From: a virus
Lineage: Duplodnaviria; Heunggongvirae; Uroviricota; Caudoviricetes
DNA: 64,000 nt
Virus record (IMG/VR): IMGVR_UViG_3300037418_003103
Direction: 5' to 3' (one strand)
Below, in pieces: positions 35,026 through 44,685 of this stretch (positions within the stretch are counted from its first letter, which is position 1; each line of letters opens with the position of its first letter). The notes below the pieces were generated by a model that saw only the letters and a program-made list of their open reading frames with translations, had not been told where the DNA came from and made no database searches. A program made the translations under genes and the position numbers.

Positions 35026-35847
35026 TCAATGATTTAAAAGATTGAACAAGCCTTCACTTTCATTCTTAAGTTTTCTTATTGCTTTTTCTTTTATCTGCCT
35101 AACTCTCTCCTTTGTTAATTGATACCGTTCACCTATTTGTTCTAGAGTCATTACATCAGAATCATTTAATCCATAGTATAATTCTATTATTTCTTTGCTT
35201 CTTTCATCAAGAGTTAGGAGGGTCTTTTCTAGCTCTCTTTTAATATTAAAAACTCTATCGCTATCTTCTGGCTCTTCATCTTCTGAATATGAATCTATAA
35301 AGATTTCTTCTGGATCAACATTATTATTAAACGGTACATTTTTTTGATATTGATTAAACATAGCCTGATGCTGAGAATTTATTGCTAATTCTCCGTAAAC
35401 AGGAGACCTTTGGTTCGCTGATTCAAAACGTTCTACTTCTTTTCTTGTTTCAGCCAATTTTTGAATAACGTTTACTGGCAGCCTAACCAATCTTGCATTA
35501 TCATTTAGGGATTGCATAATTGATTGTCTGATCCACCATACGGCATAAGAAATAAATTTAACCCCTTTAGTTGGATCAAATTTAGACGCTGCTTTAACAA
35601 GGCCATAATTGCCCTCACTTATTAAATCACTTAAATCAATACCGTGACCTTGATATTCTTTCGCAATAGAAACAACAAATTTTAAATTAGATTTTATTAG
35701 GGTATCAATAGCTTTTTTATCACCATTCTTTATTCTATCAGATAATTTTAATTCTTCTTCTTGTGATATTATCGTAGTTTTTCTTACGTCTTTGAAATAC
35801 TGTAGAACGCAATCATCTACAATAAATTTATTTGTTTTTTTACTCAT
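35026..35847 (-). CDS. sigma-70 family (RpoD/SigA-like) RNA polymerase sigma factor
   Basis: NLKFVVSIAK.Y, DLISEGN.GL, KFISYAVWWIRQ, TLEQIG..LTKERVRQI. Confidence 0.95.
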   Translation of the reverse strand: MSKKTNKFIVDDCVLQYFKDVRKTTIISQEEELKLSDRIKNGDKKAIDTLIKSNLKFVVSIAKEYQGHGIDLSDLISEGNYGLVKAASKFDPTKGVKFISYAVWWIRQSIMQSLNDNARLVRLPVNVIQKLAETRKEVERFESANQRSPVYGELAINSQHQAMFNQYQKNVPFNNNVDPEEIFIDSYSEDEEPEDSDRVFNIKRELEKTLLTLDERSKEIIELYYGLNDSDVMTLEQIGERYQLTKERVRQIKEKAIRKLKNESEGLFNLLNH

Positions 35848-35887
35848 TACATTTTATCATATACTCTTGTTATGCTGTTGACATCAA

Positions 35888-36400
35888 TCATTTAATATTT
35901 GTCAAATAATTAAGAAGCGTTTTATCGTAATCTGTCATATTATTTACTCCTGCATCTAAAATTTTATTAATGATCATCTCACGTTTATCCTTACTTAAAT
36001 TATTAATATTGTATTTGTCTGTATCAAATTCAATAAATTCTTCATATAACTCTGGCCTACTACTGGTCTTAACTAATTTAATAAAAGCATCAGATCTATC
36101 ATCTAATTTGTCATTGGTCATAACATTTAAAAAACTAAAAAGAGTTTCAGTTATATTTTTATCGTTAAAATTGTAGGTACAGGTTGTTTCGTTTAACTCA
36201 AATAAAAGAATATTTCTATTGCCAGATTTAAAATAGTCCCTTAATTCATTGAGGGTGAATAGAGATGTGAAGGTTACAACAAGAACATTATTTTCTTCAA
36301 GTATAAGTAGGTTAGGTTTAGTGTCTGAAACAGACTCAATTTCCAACAATGCTCCATCAATATTTCTCAATACCACTATGCAGTAGTTTCTAAACTTCAT
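35888..36400 (-). CDS. hypothetical protein
   Basis: 170-aa ORF. Confidence 0.7.
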   Translation of the reverse strand: MKFRNYCIVVLRNIDGALLEIESVSDTKPNLLILEENNVLVVTFTSLFTLNELRDYFKSGNRNILLFELNETTCTYNFNDKNITETLFSFLNVMTNDKLDDRSDAFIKLVKTSSRPELYEEFIEFDTDKYNINNLSKDKREMIINKILDAGVNNMTDYDKTLLNYLTNIK

Positions 36401-36446
36401 GTTGTTTATTTACACTAAAAATACTCTTTTATGCTTAAATAAACAA

Positions 36447-38789
36447 CTATTTAAGGAGCAATTTTGTTATGTTTTTCTCCTTCTGAAGAGTGACAATATT
36501 ATCAGCCCAATCTCTAACCATATCATTGTGCGTAATTAAAAAAACAATATCATACATATCACTTATTTTATCAAATAGAGGCTTCAGATTAGGAAGATTA
36601 TCATTAGCAACCTTTCCCAATACTTCATCAAAAGAAATAAAGTTAGGCATAGGAAGAGTTGATAGCTTGCCTAGAACAGATCTTAAGGCTAAACTTGATG
36701 CTGTTTTCTCGAAACCGCTACCTGATTTAAGATTCTTGATTACTCCGTCTTTAACCATTAGAAATTGTACGTCATTCTTATCGTCAATAAAGACCTCTAG
36801 TTCGAACTCGCAAACTTCATCCAATAGTCTTTGAACTTCTGAATTAATTATCGGTAGAATTGACCTCAGGACTAATTTACTGATACCTTTTTTACCTATC
36901 ATATCAATGTAAATCTTAAATATCTTGCTAACGCTCTCTTCTCGTTCAATTTGGATGATCAGAGCCTCCTTGGTGGCAACACTTTCCCCATTAATAATTA
37001 CATCATTCTTCAGTCTTTCAATATTGCTTATCAGCGTATCTTTTGAATGCTCAGATACAACCAAATTGGTTTTAACCAGCGAAACTTCAATTTCAATATT
37101 TTTATTTCTTTCTATTGAGGCCAAACTGTCATTATATTTTTTTAAGTCCAATTTCTTACTCCCAATCTCATTTCTAAGAGAGTCTATTTCCACTCCTAAC
37201 CTGTCTCTATCTAATTCCTTTCTATTCTTTTCGTCTATTTTCTTTTTAATAAGCTCCAGGTCCTCTAACTCTTTTTTGATTTCTGAGATATTATATTGTG
37301 TTTTTGTTAGAGTTTCTGTTAGAGAAAGAATAGTATTTTGATGGGTCTTAATATGCCCTGAATTATCTACATCATCTAATTTTCGCATGCATGCCTGGCA
37401 AATACCTCCATCCTCCAAGTCCTTTATTTGTTTTTCTAACCGCCTAATATCAGACTCTAACACTGCTTTCTCTGAGGTATTTTTTGTTAGAGATTTTGTT
37501 AGTTCAACATATCTAAATTCATCAAAATTAATTTCACCAATTCTAGCTAGATCTATATTTAATTGAGAGATCCTTTCTTTTATCCCAGTACCCTTATCAG
37601 TAATACTTTTAATTTCCTGTTCTAATTTAGATGGATTTAGTGCATTAATTTTAACATCAATACGATCCTTGCTGTTGATGAGAGCTTCTATCTGGTTATT
37701 GAATCCGACAATCTCATTCTTGGTATCATCCAATTTAATCCTAGCGTTTTTTAATAACTCTTCACACATTAAGATTTTTTCTTTATGCTCACCAATCTCT
37801 ATTCCAAGAGTAACGACGTCAAACTCGTTTGATTTCTTCTTCTTCTCAAAATCATTAAACATTTTACGAACAATGGCTTCCTTCTTTTCAATCACTTCAA
37901 GGCCTATAAGCCTAGTTAAGACTTTTCCACTCTCTGTAGTTGTAAGTCCAATCAAATTGTCTAGATTGCTTTCAGTAGCCAAGACAAGCATTTCAAAGTC
38001 CTCCTGACTACCAATGGCTTCACCAATTCTTTTGGTTGTTCTACCAGCCTCTTCATCATTCAACATAGATTCTTTTCCATCAGCCATTATCCTATAATAA
38101 TTAACCTTGTTAGACACCGTCCATCCGCCAGTTTTTTTAGCTTTTCTGGTTAATTTTCGTTCAATAATAACTTCTTCGTAATCTTCCATTTCTAGTAGGC
38201 CCCTAACAACCACCTCATCCTTTCCACTGAATTGATTAAAAATCTCCTCATTCTTAGACGTCTTGGTTGTATTACCGTAATACAGGAACAAGGGGGCATC
38301 AATAGTAAATGAAGTCTTACCGCCAGTATTAGTTGGGATGGAATTAACAACTGTTAAACCCTTTAACTTATTGTAAGAAATAAAATTGTTTTCACCAAAA
38401 CAGAGAAAGTTATTAAGCGTTAACCACTTTAGAGAATACTTTTTATGCGTCTCAACGTTCACAATATTCAGCTCTTTATTTATCTTGTCGTCAAGCTTAA
38501 GTATTCTGTCAAAATCAACAATCACACCTTCTCTTTTTATCCATTCCTTCATAAGACTTATCTGGTAATTGCTATCCATGATATTATCAATACCACTGCC
38601 GTTAATTTCAACAAGATCACCGTTTTCATTAACTCTAACAGGCGTATAATTAACCTTAACGTTAGATTTACTAACGCCATACTTGGCTGCTACTTGATTG
38701 CGAAGTTTGATCTTAGCTTCCTTAGAATAATTCTCAGGCCTGTCTGACCACTCAACTTTAATTCTTGATTCTGGTGTTAGTTGTTTCAT
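36447..38789 (-). CDS. sbcC: SbcC/Rad50 (gp46-like) ATPase
   Basis: Walker A NTGGKTS, CQAC zinc hook, SGFE signature, FDEVLG, ITH. Confidence 0.92.
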   Translation of the reverse strand: MKQLTPESRIKVEWSDRPENYSKEAKIKLRNQVAAKYGVSKSNVKVNYTPVRVNENGDLVEINGSGIDNIMDSNYQISLMKEWIKREGVIVDFDRILKLDDKINKELNIVNVETHKKYSLKWLTLNNFLCFGENNFISYNKLKGLTVVNSIPTNTGGKTSFTIDAPLFLYYGNTTKTSKNEEIFNQFSGKDEVVVRGLLEMEDYEEVIIERKLTRKAKKTGGWTVSNKVNYYRIMADGKESMLNDEEAGRTTKRIGEAIGSQEDFEMLVLATESNLDNLIGLTTTESGKVLTRLIGLEVIEKKEAIVRKMFNDFEKKKKSNEFDVVTLGIEIGEHKEKILMCEELLKNARIKLDDTKNEIVGFNNQIEALINSKDRIDVKINALNPSKLEQEIKSITDKGTGIKERISQLNIDLARIGEINFDEFRYVELTKSLTKNTSEKAVLESDIRRLEKQIKDLEDGGICQACMRKLDDVDNSGHIKTHQNTILSLTETLTKTQYNISEIKKELEDLELIKKKIDEKNRKELDRDRLGVEIDSLRNEIGSKKLDLKKYNDSLASIERNKNIEIEVSLVKTNLVVSEHSKDTLISNIERLKNDVIINGESVATKEALIIQIEREESVSKIFKIYIDMIGKKGISKLVLRSILPIINSEVQRLLDEVCEFELEVFIDDKNDVQFLMVKDGVIKNLKSGSGFEKTASSLALRSVLGKLSTLPMPNFISFDEVLGKVANDNLPNLKPLFDKISDMYDIVFLITHNDMVRDWADNIVTLQKEKNITKLLLK

Positions 38790-38798
38790 TAATATTTT

Positions 38799-39053
38799 TT
38801 AATCTTCGTTGTATATGTCTTTATTTTTATTTGTATTGCTTTCTAGTATATTTGTTCGTTTCTCTGGTGGTACATAAGGTATAATTCTAGGCTTTGGCTC
38901 TTCTATTAGTCTTGAAACAAGGGGCGAAGCGCCATATTTGCTAAGATTAAAACCAGTCACTATTAGTTGCAGGATGTAATCGTCTACATCACTTATTTCA
39001 TTAAGTTTGCAAAAATTAATGATTTCGTTATGTAGTACATTAGGAATTTCCAT
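38799..39053 (-). CDS. hypothetical protein
   Basis: 84-aa ORF. Confidence 0.65.
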   Translation of the reverse strand: MEIPNVLHNEIINFCKLNEISDVDDYILQLIVTGFNLSKYGASPLVSRLIEEPKPRIIPYVPPEKRTNILESNTNKNKDIYNED

Positions 39054-39195
39054 ATTTCATCATTGTATAAATTAAAAGTAAAACAAGAGATATCCACAGC
39101 CAAAGAGGTATAGTTAATCTATATTTTTTCTCATTATACTCTATTTTAAAGACCTCAACCTCTTTTGATAACTTATTAAATATTTTATTAATCAT
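39040..39195 (-). CDS. small membrane protein (51 aa)
   Basis: ATGA-coupled ORF MINKIFNK...PLWLWISLVLLLIY. Confidence 0.5.
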   Translation of the reverse strand: MINKIFNKLSKEVEVFKIEYNEKKYRLTIPLWLWISLVLLLIYTMMKYGNS

Positions 39196-39416
39196 GAGCC
39201 ATTTGTAATTATTTCTGTATTATTACTTATATCATCTAAAGATGAAATTTTCATATTATAAAATAGGTATGGATTTTCCACATTATATTCGATAAAGGAT
39301 AATTTTTCTACATCCCATAATAAGAATCCATGTCCAGTAACTCTCTCACCAAAATTCTGTTGCAGAAGACTTGAACTCATCATAATCGGTATTGTCTTTT
39401 TTATTTTAATTCTCAT
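39192..39416 (-). CDS. sbcD: SbcD/Mre11 C-terminal fragment
   Basis: SSLLQQNFGE..HGFLLWD nuclease motifs. Confidence 0.85.
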   Translation of the reverse strand: MRIKIKKTIPIMMSSSLLQQNFGERVTGHGFLLWDVEKLSFIEYNVENPYLFYNMKISSLDDISNNTEIITNGS

Positions 39417-40323
39417 ATTTTTTTATTGTATTTGCTAACAAAAATTTAAAATTTTTCTTATTTATATCAGTCTCCCAAAATCTCTCCAGTCTGTAACCTT
39501 TTTCTAATGCTAGTTTACTTTTAATCTTATCGTTCTCAATGTTCATCAATTGAGTCTCGGTTAAAATATTTAAATCATTATATTTTATTGGGTTACCATG
39601 CCAATAATCACCGTCGGCTTCAATTAATAAGTTAAAATCCTTTAAATAAAAATCATATGATTTAAACTTATTATTGTCGTAATAAATCTCAAACTGAGTC
39701 TCGAATTTAATTCTATTCTCAATCAAAATATTACTAATTTTAACCTCAATACTTGTTCCTTTCTTTTTTTTACCAGCCTTTCTCATCATATCAAACGCTG
39801 TTTGTCCATATTTTACTAAACAAGTGTTATCAGCAACTTCCCTATATTTTTTTAATTCTAAAACACACCCAACGCCATACTTATCTAAGTTAGTTTTAAT
39901 TCGTTTCTGACATGATTTGTGATCACTACCCACCCAAAAACCATTTTCATTAAAAAATTTTTGTTGTCCATTATTAACTTTTTTTCTGTGTTCTTCAGTC
40001 GCCCATATTTTTTTCATTACCTGAGACATTGATTTTCGCCACTCGTCACTGTGCTCAACATTAAAAAGTGGGTTACCGTCCCTTAAATAAAGTTCTTTTT
40101 GATGCGCATCTTTACAAGATCTTGAGCAATATTTCCTACCATTTTCTATTTTGTAAGGCAAAGTCTCAAATTCTGTTTTACAGAATAAACATTTTATTTT
40201 AACTCTTTCAATTTTTATTTTTTTATAACCAATATGTTGGCACTTAACAGAACAATATACTTTATTTTTAGTTTCTTTACCACAATTTTTGCATATATTC
40301 ATTTCTTTAAAATTTTGCTGCAT
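39406..40323 (-). CDS. Vsr-like (EDxHD-type) homing endonuclease splitting sbcD
   Basis: CxxC/YCS..C repeats, TSIE, YDFY, IEADGDYWH, RFWE. Confidence 0.85.
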   Translation of the reverse strand: MQQNFKEMNICKNCGKETKNKVYCSVKCQHIGYKKIKIERVKIKCLFCKTEFETLPYKIENGRKYCSRSCKDAHQKELYLRDGNPLFNVEHSDEWRKSMSQVMKKIWATEEHRKKVNNGQQKFFNENGFWVGSDHKSCQKRIKTNLDKYGVGCVLELKKYREVADNTCLVKYGQTAFDMMRKAGKKKKGTSIEVKISNILIENRIKFETQFEIYYDNNKFKSYDFYLKDFNLLIEADGDYWHGNPIKYNDLNILTETQLMNIENDKIKSKLALEKGYRLERFWETDINKKNFKFLLANTIKKYEN

Positions 40324-40365
40324 AATTATTTATAAATAAATATAACGGCAAAACTAAAAGGAAGA

Positions 40366-41046
40366 CTAATTGTCTATTTCCCAACCCATTTTTAGATATT
40401 TTTCTAAATCCTCTTCAAAAATTTCCATCTTCTGAATGTGATTAAACCCACCCATAATATGAATATCGCCACACATTACCATATCGCAACCTTCAAAAAT
40501 ATTAGTTTCATCACCGTGTTCTATCTCGAAGCCTAAATCTGTTCTAAGACCAATTAATGGACCATGGAATAATCCAATATATGTTTTATCATCTCCAAAT
40601 TCAAGTCTGGCCGATTCAATATCTGGACGTTTGTTATCCTCAAATACAGAATATACACACCAAACGATATTATCATCCAAATAACACTTACTATCTTTAA
40701 AATAATTTATATTCGCTTTATCCATTAATTTAACCACAGGTGTGATAGAATCAAGTCTGTCATTATTAGTTAACACAGCATCATGATTACCAGCAATTAC
40801 GATTACTGGCGCTATTTCCTCAAGCTTTGTAAAAAGCCAAGCTATCATAAGCGTTAATTCATTAGAAACAGTTAGTTTCTGATGAACAACATCTCCTGCA
40901 ATTACGATCCTTACTTCATCTCGATTATAATCTTTTAAAACATTTTTTAAGTCGGAAAATAGAGTTGTAAACACCTGTTTGTACTCCTCATGTCTTTGAA
41001 GGGTGCGAAGATGAATATCAGCAATATGAACGCAGTATTTAATCAT
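40366..41046 (-). CDS. sbcD: SbcD/Mre11 (gp47-like) N-terminal fragment
   Basis: ADIH, GD, GNHD, FHG, GDIH metallophosphoesterase motifs. Confidence 0.92.
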   Translation of the reverse strand: MIKYCVHIADIHLRTLQRHEEYKQVFTTLFSDLKNVLKDYNRDEVRIVIAGDVVHQKLTVSNELTLMIAWLFTKLEEIAPVIVIAGNHDAVLTNNDRLDSITPVVKLMDKANINYFKDSKCYLDDNIVWCVYSVFEDNKRPDIESARLEFGDDKTYIGLFHGPLIGLRTDLGFEIEHGDETNIFEGCDMVMCGDIHIMGGFNHIQKMEIFEEDLEKYLKMGWEIDN

Positions 41047-41154
41047 TTTTAAATAAAAATACTATTTAATGCTATACTATGCAACTATATAATAACTTTT
41101 TTTATAGCCTTTACCATTTCAACAGATATTTATATTATCAGAATACACTCGATT

Positions 41155-41736
41155 ATGAAAATTTGGGACCTGGTTAAAGAAGATTTTGAGCCAACAAACA
41201 TGAAAGAAGATTGGAAAAAGAACGTAATTGCTGGGGCCATGGCAGCTTCAAGTATGCTTGGAGGTAAGGCTCAGAGTTTTAAACAACCAGAACCAACATC
41301 AATTAGTACCATACAATCTAAAGGACTTGATACCAATACGCTATCAGAATGGAATAACTATATTTATTGGTTAAAAAGTAAGGGTCTTTCTGGAAGCAAA
41401 AAAATGAATCATGTTGCTTTTAGCAAACAAACACTTGCTGAGTATAATAAAGAGCATCCAGAATCCAATTTAACATATAGTTTAGTCAGTCCAATTCAAG
41501 CACAAATAAAAAAATATAGGCAATCAGTAATTAATTATGCTAAAAACGGTAATCCAATAAAATTTACCTCCTCAATTAAGCCTGATTTTTCTAATTTCAT
41601 GTCGTGGGCTTTAGGAACAAGTGAAGATGGTATTAATGGTGAATACACATCCCAATTTATTTTTCCAAAAAAATATTTAACTGACTTAAATACTAACTAC
41701 ACAGCTGATTTAGGTTATGCTGTCGCACCTGAATAA
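41155..41736 (+). CDS. hypothetical late protein
   Basis: 193-aa ORF behind ATATTTAT. Confidence 0.7.
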   Translation: MKIWDLVKEDFEPTNMKEDWKKNVIAGAMAASSMLGGKAQSFKQPEPTSISTIQSKGLDTNTLSEWNNYIYWLKSKGLSGSKKMNHVAFSKQTLAEYNKEHPESNLTYSLVSPIQAQIKKYRQSVINYAKNGNPIKFTSSIKPDFSNFMSWALGTSEDGINGEYTSQFIFPKKYLTDLNTNYTADLGYAVAPE

Positions 41737-42021
41737 TCAAGTATATTTAATTGAGTCGAATTCTTCATTCTCCTCGGCAGTGCATATTTCTGATGCATGC
41801 TCCTGGGTTAAAACATTAATTAAGGCCGAAAGCGCATTATCACTAAAAGTTCCAAGGTTTTTCATTAATGAATCAGGATCATCAGCATGCCGTTTCCAAG
41901 CAAGAGCTCCCACGTCAATAGATCTGTTGTAATCAAAGATAAAAAAACTTCTTTTTTCACAACTGCCATAGAATTCTCCACAATCACATTTGTATGTTAC
42001 TTTATATCTAGTACTACCCAT
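41737..42021 (-). CDS. hypothetical protein
   Basis: 94-aa ORF. Confidence 0.6.
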   Translation of the reverse strand: MGSTRYKVTYKCDCGEFYGSCEKRSFFIFDYNRSIDVGALAWKRHADDPDSLMKNLGTFSDNALSALINVLTQEHASEICTAEENEEFDSIKYT

Positions 42022-42030
42022 AATTTTATT

Positions 42031-42789
42031 TTAAGCTGCTAAAGTATTATATTTATGCATATCAAGTAACTGAGTTGCCTCTTTTTTCAAATACATAATA
42101 GGTATCTTAGTAAAACTTTCTTTTTCTTTCTCCCAATAACCTATCCAAATATGCCTACACTTCTTACCAGTTTCAAGTTCATACATCTTAGCATAAACAC
42201 TCAACTGAATGGTGTATATTGACCACTGGCACGCCTGAAGATGGTCAAAAGGGCGAAGAAGCGTCTGATATCCAAATTCGTTATAAAAATTAAAGGCCCT
42301 ATTAGTTTTCCAATCGCCGATATCGAAGAAATCCTGGTTAATGTCAATAACCAAATCACTCATACCTGCCAATTTGTGTTCCTCAGAAAACATAATTCGT
42401 TCAGGTTGTAGTTTGATGCCTTCATCAACATTTAGATTATTATATCCATCTATTACCTTTTGTTCAAATTCATCTTTTGGAAAGTACCATTTGTTTGCTT
42501 TCAAGTATCGCTCTACTATGTCATGAACCTTTGTTCCATATTCATTGGCTGTATCATTCAAGTACTGCCAGTATTCAAGTATTTGAGCTTTGCTCATTCC
42601 TATATAACGCTCCTGCTTCACATCATCTCTCTGTCTAACAATAGCTTCGGCTACAGCCTCCTCATCAAATTCTGGTTCAATACTTCCTATTACTTTAGTT
42701 ACTGAGGTGTACTTCACGCCAGTCTTACGATGTATATACACGTGTTCTATAGGTTCAAGAACCACGTCAGATTCTCTTTCTTTACTCAT
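42031..42789 (-). CDS. PD-(D/E)XK exonuclease
   Basis: SVT, GT.VH, AG.SD, DWKT, Y..QLS.Y. Confidence 0.85.
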   Translation of the reverse strand: MSKERESDVVLEPIEHVYIHRKTGVKYTSVTKVIGSIEPEFDEEAVAEAIVRQRDDVKQERYIGMSKAQILEYWQYLNDTANEYGTKVHDIVERYLKANKWYFPKDEFEQKVIDGYNNLNVDEGIKLQPERIMFSEEHKLAGMSDLVIDINQDFFDIGDWKTNRAFNFYNEFGYQTLLRPFDHLQACQWSIYTIQLSVYAKMYELETGKKCRHIWIGYWEKEKESFTKIPIMYLKKEATQLLDMHKYNTLAA

Positions 42790-42967
42790 TTTCCTTTAAA
42801 AAATATTTAGTTACCAATATGCCTAAAACTAAGATTCCTATACAAATAAGTGCTTTATAAAAGGCAATAAAATTCCATTTGTCCCCAAAGACTAAATAAA
42901 CAAGTATCGTTATTGATACCGACCACAAAAGTAATTCTTCTAAAAAGCTCTCTATTACTTTAAACAT
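42782..42967 (-). CDS. small membrane protein
   Basis: Two TM helices. Confidence 0.6.
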   Translation of the reverse strand: MFKVIESFLEELLLWSVSITILVYLVFGDKWNFIAFYKALICIGILVLGILVTKYFLKENE

Positions 42968-43005
42968 TTTTTAATAATATTACTACATTTATTATGTAAA
43001 AACAA

Positions 43006-43959
43006 CTATATTAAATATAATTCAGCGTCAGTTGGTTTTCTGGATGTTTTAAGTAGATTAACTATTCCATTGTGGCCAAAATGCTGAAAGACTAGACTTG
43101 GGTCCCATTCAGTGTTTGACGGGCATATTTTAATTTTATTGCGAAGCCTTCCTACATTTAATTTTTTATACAGTATAAGAATATCAGCCATTGCGTCTCC
43201 ATCCAGTAAGATAACCACATAGGATTGAGCCTTTTCCATAAGAGCTTCTAAAAGAACGTCTGAAATGTACTTTCCCAACAGTGGAATTGAGTTGGGTGTA
43301 ACAATGTGATCAGCTGGACCTTCAACCAGGTAAATGGTAGAGTCCCATCTTACTCTATATTCGTTAAATATAATTAGTTCTTTATCTGCTTCCACATTTA
43401 AATACTTCATCTTGGTATATTCATGTGAAAACCATCTTCCAGTAAAGTAATTTAGTAATCCATCAGTATTATAAGATGGAAAAATAATCCTATTAAAATA
43501 CTTGCCTGTCGGTGCATACCCTATTTTATAATAATCTATTTGTTCATCGGTGATTCCTCTCTTTCTAAGATAATTTATAGCAGCATCATACTTAAAATAA
43601 AACTTATTAGCGGCGGATAAAGCTATATATTCTGCAGGTAGTTCGACAACTGCCTGTCTTACAGAAACAGACTTAAATTCAGTAGGACAGAGAAGTTTAT
43701 AATCTCTAATGTCCTTCTCACTGGCGTATAATTTTAAAAGTTTAAACACATGACCAGACATATTATTAGTATCCTTACAAACCCAACATTTGAATACGCC
43801 CTTTTCATAATTTATTTCTAAATTACCAGATCCATCGCCATTAGGCTTGTTCTTATCAATAGCACATGCAGGACAATCAAATGATATTTGCCCTTTATCT
43901 TCATTGTGCTTTCTGATTTCTCCAAAAATATTTTCAAGAATAGTAACTAATAGACGCAT
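43006..43959 (-). CDS. DNA primase (Zn finger + TOPRIM)
   Basis: CPAC..CWVC, YL.KRG, RIIFP, KYLN, LVEG..D, LDGD. Confidence 0.88.
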   Translation of the reverse strand: MRLLVTILENIFGEIRKHNEDKGQISFDCPACAIDKNKPNGDGSGNLEINYEKGVFKCWVCKDTNNMSGHVFKLLKLYASEKDIRDYKLLCPTEFKSVSVRQAVVELPAEYIALSAANKFYFKYDAAINYLRKRGITDEQIDYYKIGYAPTGKYFNRIIFPSYNTDGLLNYFTGRWFSHEYTKMKYLNVEADKELIIFNEYRVRWDSTIYLVEGPADHIVTPNSIPLLGKYISDVLLEALMEKAQSYVVILLDGDAMADILILYKKLNVGRLRNKIKICPSNTEWDPSLVFQHFGHNGIVNLLKTSRKPTDAELYLI

Positions 43960-43996
43960 TAGTCACAAAAATACAAAAAAAATAATTAATTTCAAA

Positions 43997-44641
43997 CTAC
44001 TTCTTCCAACAATCTATTTTATTCATAAATCCGATACCTGCAACATAAGCATCACTCATATCAAATGATTTTTTATTTATTTTAAAAGTTTTATCATAAA
44101 TCCATTCAATTTGAGGTTCCAGTTCTGAAACTTTCTCCCATAAGATTAATTTTTTATCAATTTTGAAAGGATAACCACCAAAAAGGACTGGCGATCCATT
44201 AGCTATTTGTTTTTCAGTTAAGGCTGTTCCGTCTTTTTTAAATTTTCTAACTTCCATTAACTCAGGAAAAGCATATTTTCTCGCATCATAAGAAGAAATA
44301 AAATCAGGTACAATATTTAACTTGTCATAAACTAATTTAGAAATCATTCCGTTAAATCTAAGAAGAGTTGCTATTGTATAAACATTGTTTGATTGTAGAA
44401 GAGGTTCCTCTATTATTACTCGTTTTATACCAATATTTGTGTATTTAACTAAAAATTCTTCGTCAAAAATCTCAACTTTCTTAAATAGCTCCTCCATTTT
44501 GTTTTCCAATTTAGGCTTAACAACAGGGCTTACATGAACCAGAAGCTTTAACTTACCGCTAGTTCCCATATCTTCAAATAAGGCAATACCAATGGTACTA
44601 GTTGAAACGTCTAGAGCGAGAATATAATTATCTTTAGTCAT
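43997..44641 (-). CDS. RuvC-like Holliday junction resolvase
   Basis: LALDVSTS..G, IIEE, D.SDA. Confidence 0.75.
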   Translation of the reverse strand: MTKDNYILALDVSTSTIGIALFEDMGTSGKLKLLVHVSPVVKPKLENKMEELFKKVEIFDEEFLVKYTNIGIKRVIIEEPLLQSNNVYTIATLLRFNGMISKLVYDKLNIVPDFISSYDARKYAFPELMEVRKFKKDGTALTEKQIANGSPVLFGGYPFKIDKKLILWEKVSELEPQIEWIYDKTFKINKKSFDMSDAYVAGIGFMNKIDCWKK

Positions 44642-44685
44642 TTTTAATTAAAAAATACTATATCTATAAAAAAACTAAATAGTTT

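Noticed and set aside
39406-40365. Group I intron or split intein in sbcD
   Set aside because: Only 42 nt of non-coding sequence, and no N-terminal Cys/Ser or C-terminal His-Asn intein motifs.
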